From positions 15,252,001 to 15,316,000 of the forward strand of contig CM022675.1 of NCBI GenBank assembly GCA_012295275.1: a stretch of 64,000 bases of DNA, in the 5' to 3' direction. The stretch is from Chrysomallon squamiferum. Its lineage: Eukaryota; Animalia; Mollusca. Under the pieces are notes generated by a model. The model searched no databases. It worked only from the letters and a program-made list of their open reading frames with translations, and had not been told where the DNA came from. Each line of letters begins with the position of its first letter. Within the stretch, counting starts at the first letter, position 1. This document shows positions 52,959 to 64,000 of this stretch, piece by piece. The translations under genes and the position numbers were made by a program.

Positions 52959-55900
52959 ATGTCTTTCTTCATTTCAGTAAGTAGATCACGCTTACTTATA
53001 AACATAGTGATAGTTGCAAAAATAGTTCCAAACATAATTCAACCCAGTTTTAAATCATTATGTTGCTTATCAAACTATCTTTTCACATATTAATTAATCC
53101 ATTACAAAAATGTTATAACTACCTTTTCCTAACTATTAATTATCAAATGTTATAGATTTATCTTCATATTTTCTGGGCACTTTTTGCTTTGTCCAGTGTA
53201 AAATTTGGTTGGGTTTGATTACTGTTATAACGATAAATTGACATGCATGTTGTTTTAAATATGGACTTTTACATGTACTAATTAATGTGACAAAAAAAAC
53301 AACATTATTTGAAATTTTTTAACAGAAATATTATATGATATAGATAGATACAAGGTAATTCTTTCTCTTCTAGAATTGTACATGCACAAAAGGTACAAAT
53401 GTGATTGACTCTCCTCGATCAAAACCTTTTGATCGCAGTATATATTCTCCTTTGGTAAGTATAAAATGTGTTCAAGAATATAGATAAAACAATCTTAAAA
53501 TTTTCAAGTAAGGATAAAAAATCTAAAATTTATATATCATAAATTAAAACATTACATTTTGTGTTAGTAGTGATATCTAAATGTCTTCCCCCCCATCTTT
53601 TCAGTCTGCCAATCAAGATACAGCAAAAGACATATCTCATGACAGTGCCATGTCTATTAACCAAATAGAATTTGAATCAGATATTAACTGTTATGAATTG
53701 TACACTGTTATTGGTAAGTACAATGAATATTTAAGAAAACCAAATGAATATTTAAGAAAACATCCCATATATTAATATTTACACTAAAGTTATCATATGT
53801 TTAATATGTTAGAAATTTCAACTATTATTAGTATGCGACGTCAGTAGCAAGAGATCTGAAAATTAAACATAATCCTCAGTTTTATGTTCTAATGAATCCA
53901 TGCTTGCAAACATACATATTTGAACATTACATATGTATGTAGATTTATAAACAGTTAACAAAATATGAATTAAGTTATCATTTGATAAATTTTGTATTTG
54001 TATGAACATAAGAAAATAGGATCCAAATCAGAATGGAAACAATATACACCAAAAACCTTTAATGGACATTTTAGAGACAAAAATAAATTTATTAGCTGGT
54101 TCAAATAAGAATATAAACATTTATCTATGTTTGTAGATAACTCATTGTTTCATGTAATTCCCACTGGAATTAACATAACCTGAAGAAACCTTTATATATA
54201 TAATTCACTGTTGTAATTTTTGTATTTTTATACTTATACATAAATTATTAATTGTTGTTGTTTTTTCAGGTAAAGGACATGATAATGCTGCCACCATTTA
54301 TCTTGCTAAACATTTATCATCAAACACTTTGATTGCAGTAAAAAAAATAGAATTGGAATCAAAACTTTTGGATTTTGTTCTGTTACAGGTGTATATTTGT
54401 ATGAGCTGAAATTGTGTAAGACTTGTTTAATACTGTTTGCAGATAGGAGTATTTGAGAAAAACAACAAAACACCAGCTGTGCTGATTTTAAGATATCGTC
54501 TCTGAAACAAAAATAAAAATACTATAATCAAACTAAAAAATAATAACATCTAGATTATTTTTTAAATTCTCATATTACAAATATATGAAGAAAATCACTA
54601 AGAATAAAAATTAGATATCAAAAGTTGTAAATAAAAACTGAATAGTTGTTTTCAAAATCAATTTTTATTATTTATTCTGCAATTTTTATATATTGATTAT
54701 TCCATTTTGTATTTTATATATATATATATATATACATACATATATGTACACACATACACACATATATAGAAAAATATTTTATTCTTATTATTCTTTTTTT
54801 TCTTCTTTTTTTTTAATGTTGGATCATGTTTATACAGTTCAATTTATGTTGCAGAAAGAAATTTTCTGGTCACAACATTTAGATCACAGCAAAATCATTT
54901 CCCATTACAAAAGTTTCATTCATAATCATGAACTTTGGATAATCATGCCTCTCATGGCGTTTGGTATGTATCATATATTTTAATCTTGTATTGCTTATGT
55001 TATATGTAGTATGTGTGTTTATTATCTACAATCTCACAGGCAAAATAAACTATAACAAAAAATGTTTTTGATGTTAGTAAGGAAAACTGAAACATTTGGA
55101 AACTGTTATCATTCTGTAAACAAGTTTATATCACATTTTCATATTCATGATTTTGTTTCATTGTATTTTAAATTTTTAATTGTTTTTAATTTATTTCATT
55201 TTTATCATTTACTTCTATTGGGTAGTTTAAAATGATTACATACGACCTAATGATTAATGATGACAGACAAGTGAATCACTTAAAAGATTTGTTTTTAATA
55301 CTCATAGCAGCATGGCAGGATTGGTTATATATTTTTACCCTGCTTCAAATGCTTTGACAATGCTTTAAAGAATCAGCTAATGACAATGTGAAATTAAATC
55401 TATTGTAATTTTGACTTTTTATTTGAATTATGAATTGAAACCAACAGGATCAGCATGTGATTTGATTCATGCATATTTCATTACTGGCTTGTCTGAAGTG
55501 GCTGCTGCATACATTCTGCGAGACACACTGCTAGCCCTTCAGTACCTTCACGAAAGGGGCATCATTCACAGGTAAGTGGTATCAGTACATTGTTTTTCTT
55601 TTTCCACTTACTATTAACATATTTTTAGTTGTTTATTTATGTTTCTTGGCTAAATAGTAAAATAAAATTAATTTTAAAAGTTTTATGTTTAGTAAGATTT
55701 TAGTCTTTATCAACCATTTAATTCCATTACAATATTATATCAGATTCTTATATTAAAATATTATTATTATTATTATTTATTTATTTTCTTTTTTTGTTTG
55801 TTTTTATACTGGCCAGATACTGTTATACACATAGGAAAATTAAATTTTTATTTTCTTTTTTATTTCAACCAAAAATGTCATTTATTGATTGAATAAAACA

Positions 55901-58900
55901 TCTAAAAGAAAAAACAAACAATTGTGACAAATTCAGTATTTAATTATAAACCACAAAATAACTATGATTATAGAAACATGTTATGCATATTTTCAGTTCT
56001 CGGTGTTATATTTATTTTTAAATTATTATTTCAGGGGAATTAAAGCTAGTCATGTTCTTATTGCTGCGAATGGTAAAATTTCTTTATCAGGAATGCAGAT
56101 GGCATATTCTATGATACAAGATGGGCGTTGGTTACATGTGGTACATGATTATCCTAGTCATGCTGTCCAGTGTCTGCAGTGGTTTAGTCCAGAAATTTTA
56201 GAACAGGTAAGAATTAATTTAATAAACATTTCAGTCAAAAATAATTATGAAAAGAAACAACCCACATAAAAAGAAGAAACCTTTATTTATTATTAATGAA
56301 AAAATAATGTACATGTAGACTTCCAGTAGATGTTAACTTTTACACCCAGTAAATTTTTATATGTTTTAGTTAACATGTGGGAGATTAAATTTCAATAAAG
56401 GTCATCTCAAGGTCACGTGATCCACATGGTCAATTTCAAGGTCATAACAAAGGTCAAAAGGTCAGTGACCCCCATATTCAGAACGATAATGGAATTTGGA
56501 ATCCTTGTCATATTGTCTTTTCAACAATACCAATTTTATGAAAATTGGCCCAGTAGTTCCTAAGAAATGAGGGTTCTATGGTTGGTGGTCACATCCATTT
56601 TTGTCAAAAATCTCAAAATTCAGGGGGCCATATTTCCCATACCACTTGTCTGATTGGCCTAAAATTTCAGATTTGGTACTGTGGTATCCCAGTCACCAAG
56701 TATACCTGAGACGGTCAGGTTTAACCCATTGGGTGATTTGACACGGAATGACCCTGATATATAGAAATTAAATCAAATTTAAAGAAATAATATAGAATAT
56801 ATTCACTGACATCTGAACCTTTCTAATCTTTTATTTTTATTTTAAAGTAAAACGTCTAATTGTATACATTTACATTTAGTGTAGTTTTTTTTTTTTTTTG
56901 TGCGTGTGTTTTGCATACAAATATCTGTCTCTGGGGGTTTGAAAAAAAGTCAGCTGACCTGGAGTGAAATATAAATTTCAACCAATAATTCTCATAAGCT
57001 ATTTATAGACAGATAAAATTACACAAATCTGTCTCATACTCTGCAAATTAAACTTGTTGTAATTTCTTTTGCAATTTGTTTTCTATTTGTTATTACTTTA
57101 CCAGGTGTTAATTTTTTATTTAGAATCTGAGTGGTTACAACACAAAGTCAGACATTTACAGTGTTGGTATTCTTGCATGTGAATTGTGCAATGGTCAGGC
57201 TCCATTTTCTGATATGCCAGCTACACAGGTAAATATTTTCATTTCAGTGACACAACTAAAAACTGTTGAACTCACTTTCATGTCAGTGATACAGATAAAT
57301 ACTAATGAATGTAGTTTTCTGATTGTCAGCAAAGATAGTAATGAATGATATTATTTTAATGTGTGTGATAGTTAAATTTTGTTTTACAGATGTTGCTGGA
57401 GAAGTTGAATGGAACAAAGCCCATGTTGGCTGATTCCACAACACTTCATGAGTTTACCACAGGTGAGACGTCATCAAGACTTCATTTTCAGTATTTTGTC
57501 TCCACAAACCACAACAAAACTCCAGTTATTTAAAAACTTGTAGAGGGTTATAATGGGCATAAATGTTTATATGATTAAATGTCAAAGGAATATTTGAATA
57601 TAAATGAGTATCCTTTTTGACTGATAAATGTTACCAAGGTGACCAAATGACATACGTATGTATTTAATAAATAGCATCTGTCTTACTATTAAAATACCTA
57701 AAATAACTGACTATGAACACAACATTTGTATATCAAAATATTTTTAACTATAAAGTCAGATGATTATTAAAAAGTACAGTAATATTTGCTTTAACTGTGA
57801 AGATTTTAATTTTAAATCCAGTCAATGATTAAACTGTATAGAATTGTGTTCATTTTATACTTTCTGTCTGATTAAAGATTGGTAATTGTCTATTTTAGAT
57901 TGTGAAACTGATGAACAAAACAACATCCTTTTTAACAGGACATTCTCACCCCAATTCCATGATTTTGTATCACTTTGTTTAGAAAAAGATCCGAACAGAA
58001 GGTATCAGTAATTTACAACAGGTTGAAATGTATTTTGACCTACATTATGTTAACAGTATTTTAAATATATCACAGATTACAGGTTTTAACAATAATTTAT
58101 TTAAAATGTATAATGTACAAAATATAAAATCTTAAGATGTGAAACAAGAACTAAATTAAGGTGCATTGTAACCCACAAAAAACATCCAAATTAAAATTAA
58201 GATCATAAAAAAAAGAAGTAATAATTAAAAAGAAATTATTCAGTTTCTACTATATTTAATTACAGATGTTTATAAAAATGTACAAACCCCATGTTAAAAT
58301 GTGAAAATAGAATAACATTTTTAATAAACACACACACACACATATATATATATATATTTGATTAATCCTCATATGCTTTATGAAAACCATCATGACCAGA
58401 ATTATGAATTAATAGAAATAATAATCCTGGAAAAAAGAAAAGACGAAAACCAACAATTTAGAATAATATATATTGCAATTTTAAAGTTGAGTGTTTTGAC
58501 CATGCTTGGCTCTGGTAGTGATTGCTCTTTGGCTGATTCTAATGAGATTAGACTGGTATCTGCAATCTTATGGGGTAGTTCAGCCTGTTTGGATTTTTGC
58601 CTGGCATTTTCAAACATTTTTGAAACACACTATTTCAAGTTTACACTGTAAATATCAAGGGATGGACACAATAATGAAAAAGCACACTCATCGAGGGATT
58701 ACTGTATTTGATTTTATTGACACATTTACTTTCAGGCCAAATGCTTTCACACTGCTTACACATCCTTTCTTCAAGAACTTGAAAAGAAAAACAAATGATG
58801 TTTTACCTGCACTTTTGCATCCAGTGAAACCTCTCACAGACATCAGCAAATTTCTTAAAGGTTTGTTCTAATAGGCCAGTATGTAACATATTTCTTTTAA

Positions 58901-59269
58901 GAGTTATTAGTATTAATTATTTTATCAGAAAGAAAACACATACAGGCAGCTTTTACTGATTAGAAGCAAGATATATTTATATAAACATCTCATTAGGAAT
59001 AGAAAATAACTGACTATTGTAATATTCAACTGGCAGAAAGTGTCTCATTAGTGGATGATACAGTGTGCAATAGCTGCTTGGCCAGATGATTAGGTCAATT
59101 TGTTGTCTTACAAGATAAAGTTGACAAGATAAACAAGCACAATTTCTTTTGTTGAAAGTTCATTAGTTATTTTTCACAGAATATATTTTATTTTTCAGAA
59201 GACAAAGCTGCTACAGAAATATCTGATAAAATGACTGAAGTCAGACTCTCAGATTCTTGGGACTTCTGA
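52959..59269 (+). CDS. STRADA: STE20-related kinase adapter protein (STRAD pseudokinase, LKB1/MO25 complex), complete, ~402 aa
   Basis: 12 in-phase exons: 52959-52976, 53374-53454, 53605-53713, 54270-54388, 54855-54963, 55448-55571, 56035-56206, 57124-57228, 57390-57462, 57899-58001, 58736-58860, 59199-59269 (1209 nt). Motifs: [35 protein letters not shown] (no catalytic Asp), LSGMQ in place of [48 protein letters not shown]-terminal WDF (MO25-binding WEF motif). Probably a co-orthologue of STRADA and STRADB. Confidence 0.95.
56395..56754. mobile_element. Truncated non-autonomous DNA-transposon-like insertion rich in AGGTCA repeats, in STRAD intron 7
   Basis: Abrupt GC-richer block with five AGGTCA hexamers and a terminus ttgacacggaatgaccc (reverse complement GGGTCATTCCGTGTCAA, TIR-like). 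No partner TIR found. Confidence 0.5.
58480..58706 (-). mobile_element. Possible Tc1/mariner (Tigger/pogo-like) remnant in STRAD intron 10
   Basis: Minus strand reads TA-CAGTAATCCCTCGA from 58706, resembling Tigger-type TIRs with a TA target, followed by GC-richer sequence. Second end not found. Confidence 0.35.
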
Positions 59270-60710
59270 AACTGACACATTTTTCTTCATAACATACTAA
59301 CACTGTGTATTACTGAGGAATGAAAGAAAGTATTATCTGTTAATACTGGAGCAACAGATTTTATACTTTGTTAAAAAAAGACATATTAATGTTGGTTGTG
59401 ATAAAACAAGATAAGTCCTCAAAAATGTTGTTGAAGTATTTCCGTATGTTCATCGATTTAAAATAAACCTTTAACAGTAAAATCAACCATAAATGTGATC
59501 ATTTAAATACAAATATTGGATTTTCATCTATATCAGTATAAATATCACAATATGACAAATGCTTCACTTCATCTTCTAATTACATTTATTTTGAGCAATA
59601 TTATATCTATCAGAGCTTCTTGCCAGCAGCAATATAATGCACCTTTATTAACGCATGCTCTGTTGCAGCTAAGACTTAACATTTTGGGGGCATTTTTTAA
59701 ATTTTATTGTTGTTATATATATATATTTTACAAATAAAACATTTAATTTTGTAACTTTATTTCATTCTAACATGCATCAGTTTTTAAACAGAGTAAGCTG
59801 CAAATAGGCAAATAACAAAATAAATAAATCTTTATTTACAAATCTTATAACATTTGAACAAAAATACAACTGCATACATTTCTTTTTAAGAGAATATTTT
59901 AAGGCTATTTTCAACTGTTGATATTGTATAGCTGATCCAAGATTAACACTTCTTTTTTCATTACCCAAGCATGAGAAGTACTAAGATTATAATTATTTGA
60001 AAAAAATAAAATGTGTGTTTGTTTATTCCATATGTGTGTACATATATTCTTTCTAGTATAATTATTAAAATGGTTTTACTTTTTCCTCACAGTTTAAGAG
60101 CTGCACCAAAATAACATTTAAGCATAAAACTTATATTATTTATCATCTAGTATCTTGTAAACTTTAGTATTATGAACATTCTCATTTAAAAATGAATTAA
60201 AATATATTCATAGCATTCAATGCTCAGATAAATGTGTAAATTATTAGATTTAAAAATGTTTTATGACAAAGCTAAAAATTGAATTTTTGTTTATTACTTC
60301 TGGATAGGCTGCTAAGAATACAGTATTCATGTTTACAGTTTATGACTTTCACTTTGATTTAATTTAAGCAGTTTTAGAAAAACAAAAACTATTTTAAAGA
60401 TCTTTGTGACCTTTAATCTTTATAACCTACATTATATTACAAAAAAATAGATTTTTGAAAGCAGCAAAAATCTTATACTTAAAGAATGATTTATTATGTA
60501 TAAAGTGGACGGAACTGTTACCTTTTTAAACAAAAATAAATTAACCCCAAACTAATGTGAAAAAATATTAATTCTAAACAAAACCAGATCATATAATTCT
60601 GTTTTTTCAATATAATATTTTTTTTATGAGTTACAAAAATATAATTTATTTCAGTAACTTAATATTACATCAACTGTTTCTGTAAAATGTTTATCACAGA
60701 TCTGTGCATT

Positions 60711-60837
60711 TTAAAACATGTCAACATATTTTTCCAAAAATTCTTCTTCCAAAGTTTGTGGTTCTGACAAGTCTTTCTTGATTGTGTGAATTTCTGTGAC
60801 ACCATTGTCAAGGGAAAGTAGCTGAAATTAAAATAAC

Positions 60838-60874
<37 letters not shown>

Positions 60875-63434
60875 TACACACAAACTACAGCTTGAAGACA
60901 GATGAACATTTTAATTTTTTCAGATGAGATATTTACTGGATATCTGTTTCTGACAAATAGTTCTAACTTGTAACAAAATAAGATTAAAATGATAAAAATT
61001 GGTACAGCCTGGCATTTTTTTCTTTTTAATATCATTTTATAAATAAAGCTACAAAGAATTCATGCTAGAGTATCATACCCAGCAGGAAAAAAACAAAACA
61101 AAAATCTGACTGTGTCTATGCACACCTTCAACTTGTTACTTTATTTTATTTATCTCGAAATGATAAATTTGTTTAAATAAAGACCTCTGTTATACTTGAA
61201 CAAATAAGACTGGGTTTAACAAAGAAAACTAACCAATTGTGGTGGGCGTGACACAGTTCCTAAACCTGTGATCTTTGGATCATTAGACAAACTTATTGTA
61301 ATCACTCTGAAATTAAGAACAAAATTTGGTATAATTATTTATTTGACCTTGACTATGATTCTTAATAATTTTCACACTACTGAATAATTCTACAGGGACA
61401 ATACTCTATCTAATTTGTAAGTGGTCCAAACAGTTTTTTGAAGATCTTAAATAGATTCAAACTGAACCCCTCCAAAAGACAAAAGAAAGGAGATTTGTTT
61501 GTTTTGTGCAGTTACATCTGTTCATAATTACTATAAAATGACAAGAAAGGCTTCCTCTTATGAAAACAAAACTTCAGCTTCCTGTCCAGGCATACCCCAG
61601 TGTGCAATAGCAACATGTTTCTTCTCTAGTATTATCACAAAACAAATCTTTATTTTGATGGTGTTAAATATTCATTCTATAAATGTTAAAGATAGAGTTG
61701 CATAAACAGTAACATTATGTTACCTTCCTGAGATAATGTGATTATACAGGAATAATACAGTTACATGAAAAGTAACATTTTGTTATTTCTCTGAGGTAAT
61801 GTGATTATTCTGCTCTGGAATAATGCAGTTACATAAACAGTAACATTTTATTACCTTCCAGACGTAATGTGATTACTCTGTACTGGAATGGAGCTGTGTT
61901 CTAAGATGTCAAACACATGAATGGTGGAGTTGTCATCCAAGACATAGAAAACAGCTGGACGACTTCTTGACCACCGGACACACAGAATGGGCTGACCATG
62001 TGAGAACTCGTGCAGAGATACCAGCGGGTTTTCTGTCAAAATCAAAATTTAAAATTATTGTACATCAAAACAAAAAAGTTATAAGAAAGAGTTTGTCACT
62101 CTTACAGCTATTATAAAAAGATTCTAGAAAAACCCAGTTCTAATGGCTGTTTTATAAGGTGTTAGTTTTGTAAAATGTTTAAGTGACTATTAATGGTACA
62201 CTCTTTAGCCATTTCTCACACATTAAAACTTGTTGGATACCAGTAATAAAAAGTATGTGCACATCTTATTTGCTAAATAATGTAAACAATGTCAGTTATC
62301 AATATTAACAATTTATAAAATGTCTTTTCAGATTTAATTTAATTTTATTTAATTTTTTACTTTTAATTGTAATTTTTAAAATAATTGTTCCTGTCTATCA
62401 AAGGAAACTCGGCAGAAAAGAAAATCACAACATGAACATATCTAAACAAAAAATATACATGTTTAATTATTAGGATCCTTAAAACACCTATGTAAAAAGT
62501 AACTTTTAAATTAGTGACAATAAAGGTACTACATAAAAATATGTGATTTTTTTTCCACACTTTTCTTACAACATAATCATGTTAAAATGATGAAAATTAA
62601 GACAATGTAGTACTTACGTGATTTTGTATGATACATGTGCAAAGATCCATCATCACAACCTGCCTGAAAATTAAATATACGCTTTTGAAGATATTTAAAA
62701 AAAAATTAAATTAAAAAACAAAACTGATTACAATATGCATGAAAATGTTTGGTAATACAAATAAATTACTTTGTAGAAGATGACTAGACACAGACAGTAT
62801 TATAAATACTCACTACAATGTATGAAGTAACAAATGGAGAAATATCAATAGATGTCACAGTTACAGGTGTTTCTGTGGAGAGAAAAACATGTTTTTAATC
62901 TAAGGACTTATAAGCATAGAAAAATTCTAAATTTAATTAACAAACAATATGGAATGTTCATAAACCATACAAATAATAAATGAATAATATTATTTAGATT
63001 TAAGAAGATGGATACCTATATACAAGTTATACATTTAAAATTGAGATATCATTTCACATGTTTATGACTTTTGTTTAATTAGTTTTCATAATCTGCCAAT
63101 AGAAACAACTGTTTGAGAATAAATGTTACTTATAACAACTCACCTATAACTGGGCTGTAAGTTCTGGGGAAAACACGAGATCCAAATCTAATTCCATGTA
63201 TGATGAAACCCTGAAATACAAAAAGAACAATTCAAACAATTTCTGATATAAACAAAAAGTATCAAGGACATAAATATTTTTACACCCCCCCCCAAAAAAA
63301 ACCCCCATTTATTTATAAAATAATAATAGCATGATAAAATGAATGAATGATTATAATGACAAAAGCGGTAGAAGAAGAATTTAATAATCATGAGATTACA
63401 GCTAAAAACCAATCACTAAAAAACAACACAAAAT

Positions 63435-63473
<39 letters not shown>

Positions 63474-63704
63474 GATAGTTATGAATCAGAATTAGCATAC
63501 TTTACTTGTGAAAGTGGTTAATAAAAAGCCTAATAATAATAATAATGCTGATTTGATAATATTGTTAGTAACAAGAGTGATCGTATTACAGCAGTACTGA
63601 TATAGTAAAAACTTACACAGTCAGTTGTGACATAAAAGTGGTTCAGATCTGATGGTAAAAGATGTAGCTCTTTAGTGTGCAAGTTTGTCTTCACCCTAAT
63701 TTCT
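60711..63704 (-). CDS. DYNC2I1: WD repeat-containing protein 60 / cytoplasmic dynein-2 intermediate chain 1, last 7 exons; 5' part lies outside the window
   Basis: In-phase exons 63704-63617, 63210-63144, 62872-62814, 62663-62618, 62032-61855, 61306-61234, 60821-60711. Translation LLPSDLNHFYVTTDCGFIIHGIRFG...PVTVTSIDISPF...AGCDDGSLHMY...VRWSRSRPAVFYVLDDNSTIHVFDI matches the WDR60 C-terminal WD repeats. Confidence 0.9.
61697..61889. repeat. Tandem triplication (63-68 bp unit) spanning a WDR60 exon-intron junction
   Basis: gttrcataaacagtaacatt...taatgtgatta...ggaat units start at 61697, 61760 and 61828. Confidence 0.9.
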
Positions 63705-64000
63705 CTGAAACAAATAACAAAATCATGTATTTAATGATTGCAGAAAAAACACATTAATCTGACAGAAAAAGATAATAATTTTTATAGTAAACAAACATTT
63801 GAATAAAAGTTCATCCTTAATTAGTTTTATGATACTTATTTAAAATTAAAACTCATATAGTTATATACTGACACTTTATCTCAAGATATGAAATGTTAAG
63901 AAAGAATAATGAAAACAACAAAAATTTAAATTATAAAAATTGAAAATGTTTTATTCTAAACAAAAATCAGATAAGTCTACACATGATGGAGATAATTTAA

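Noticed and set aside
53722-53762. 21-bp tandem duplication aatgaatatttaagaaaac after the STRAD exon 3 donor
   Set aside because: Ordinary intronic slippage; it only explains the NEYLRK repeat in the ORF track.
58402-58617. 71-aa antisense ORF nested in STRAD intron 10
   Set aside because: No recognisable domain or flanking exons; it adjoins a TIR-like end, so it is more likely a TE remnant.

Overview
AT-rich, intron-rich animal genomic DNA, most likely molluscan (inferred from gene structure and repeat style; not provable here). I reconstructed five spliced protein-coding genes by hand, with consistent splice phases. (1) The 3' half of MyD88 (+, TIR domain), with a probable GC-AG intron. 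(2) A secreted single-Kunitz protein (-) with a 4-Cys follistatin-N-like module and a long polybasic tail. (3) Complete OS-9 ERAD lectin (-, 17 exons, ~670 aa). (4) Complete STRAD pseudokinase (+, 12 coding exons, ~402 aa). (5) The 3' end of WDR60/DYNC2I1 (-). Introns and intergenic DNA carry many microsatellites, a 50-bp minisatellite, an intact hAT MITE with an 8-bp TSD, a probable solo LTR, an inverted dispersed repeat pair and other transposon remnants. Most entries in the ORF track are microsatellite or AT-rich artefacts. I found no CRISPR array, rRNA, tRNA or autonomous transposon, and no demonstrably new multi-gene system. The best leads are the Kunitz protein architecture, a possible unannotated spliced transcript at 28-32 kb, a dense nuclear-receptor motif cluster in a STRAD intron, and duplicated exons or splice donors.
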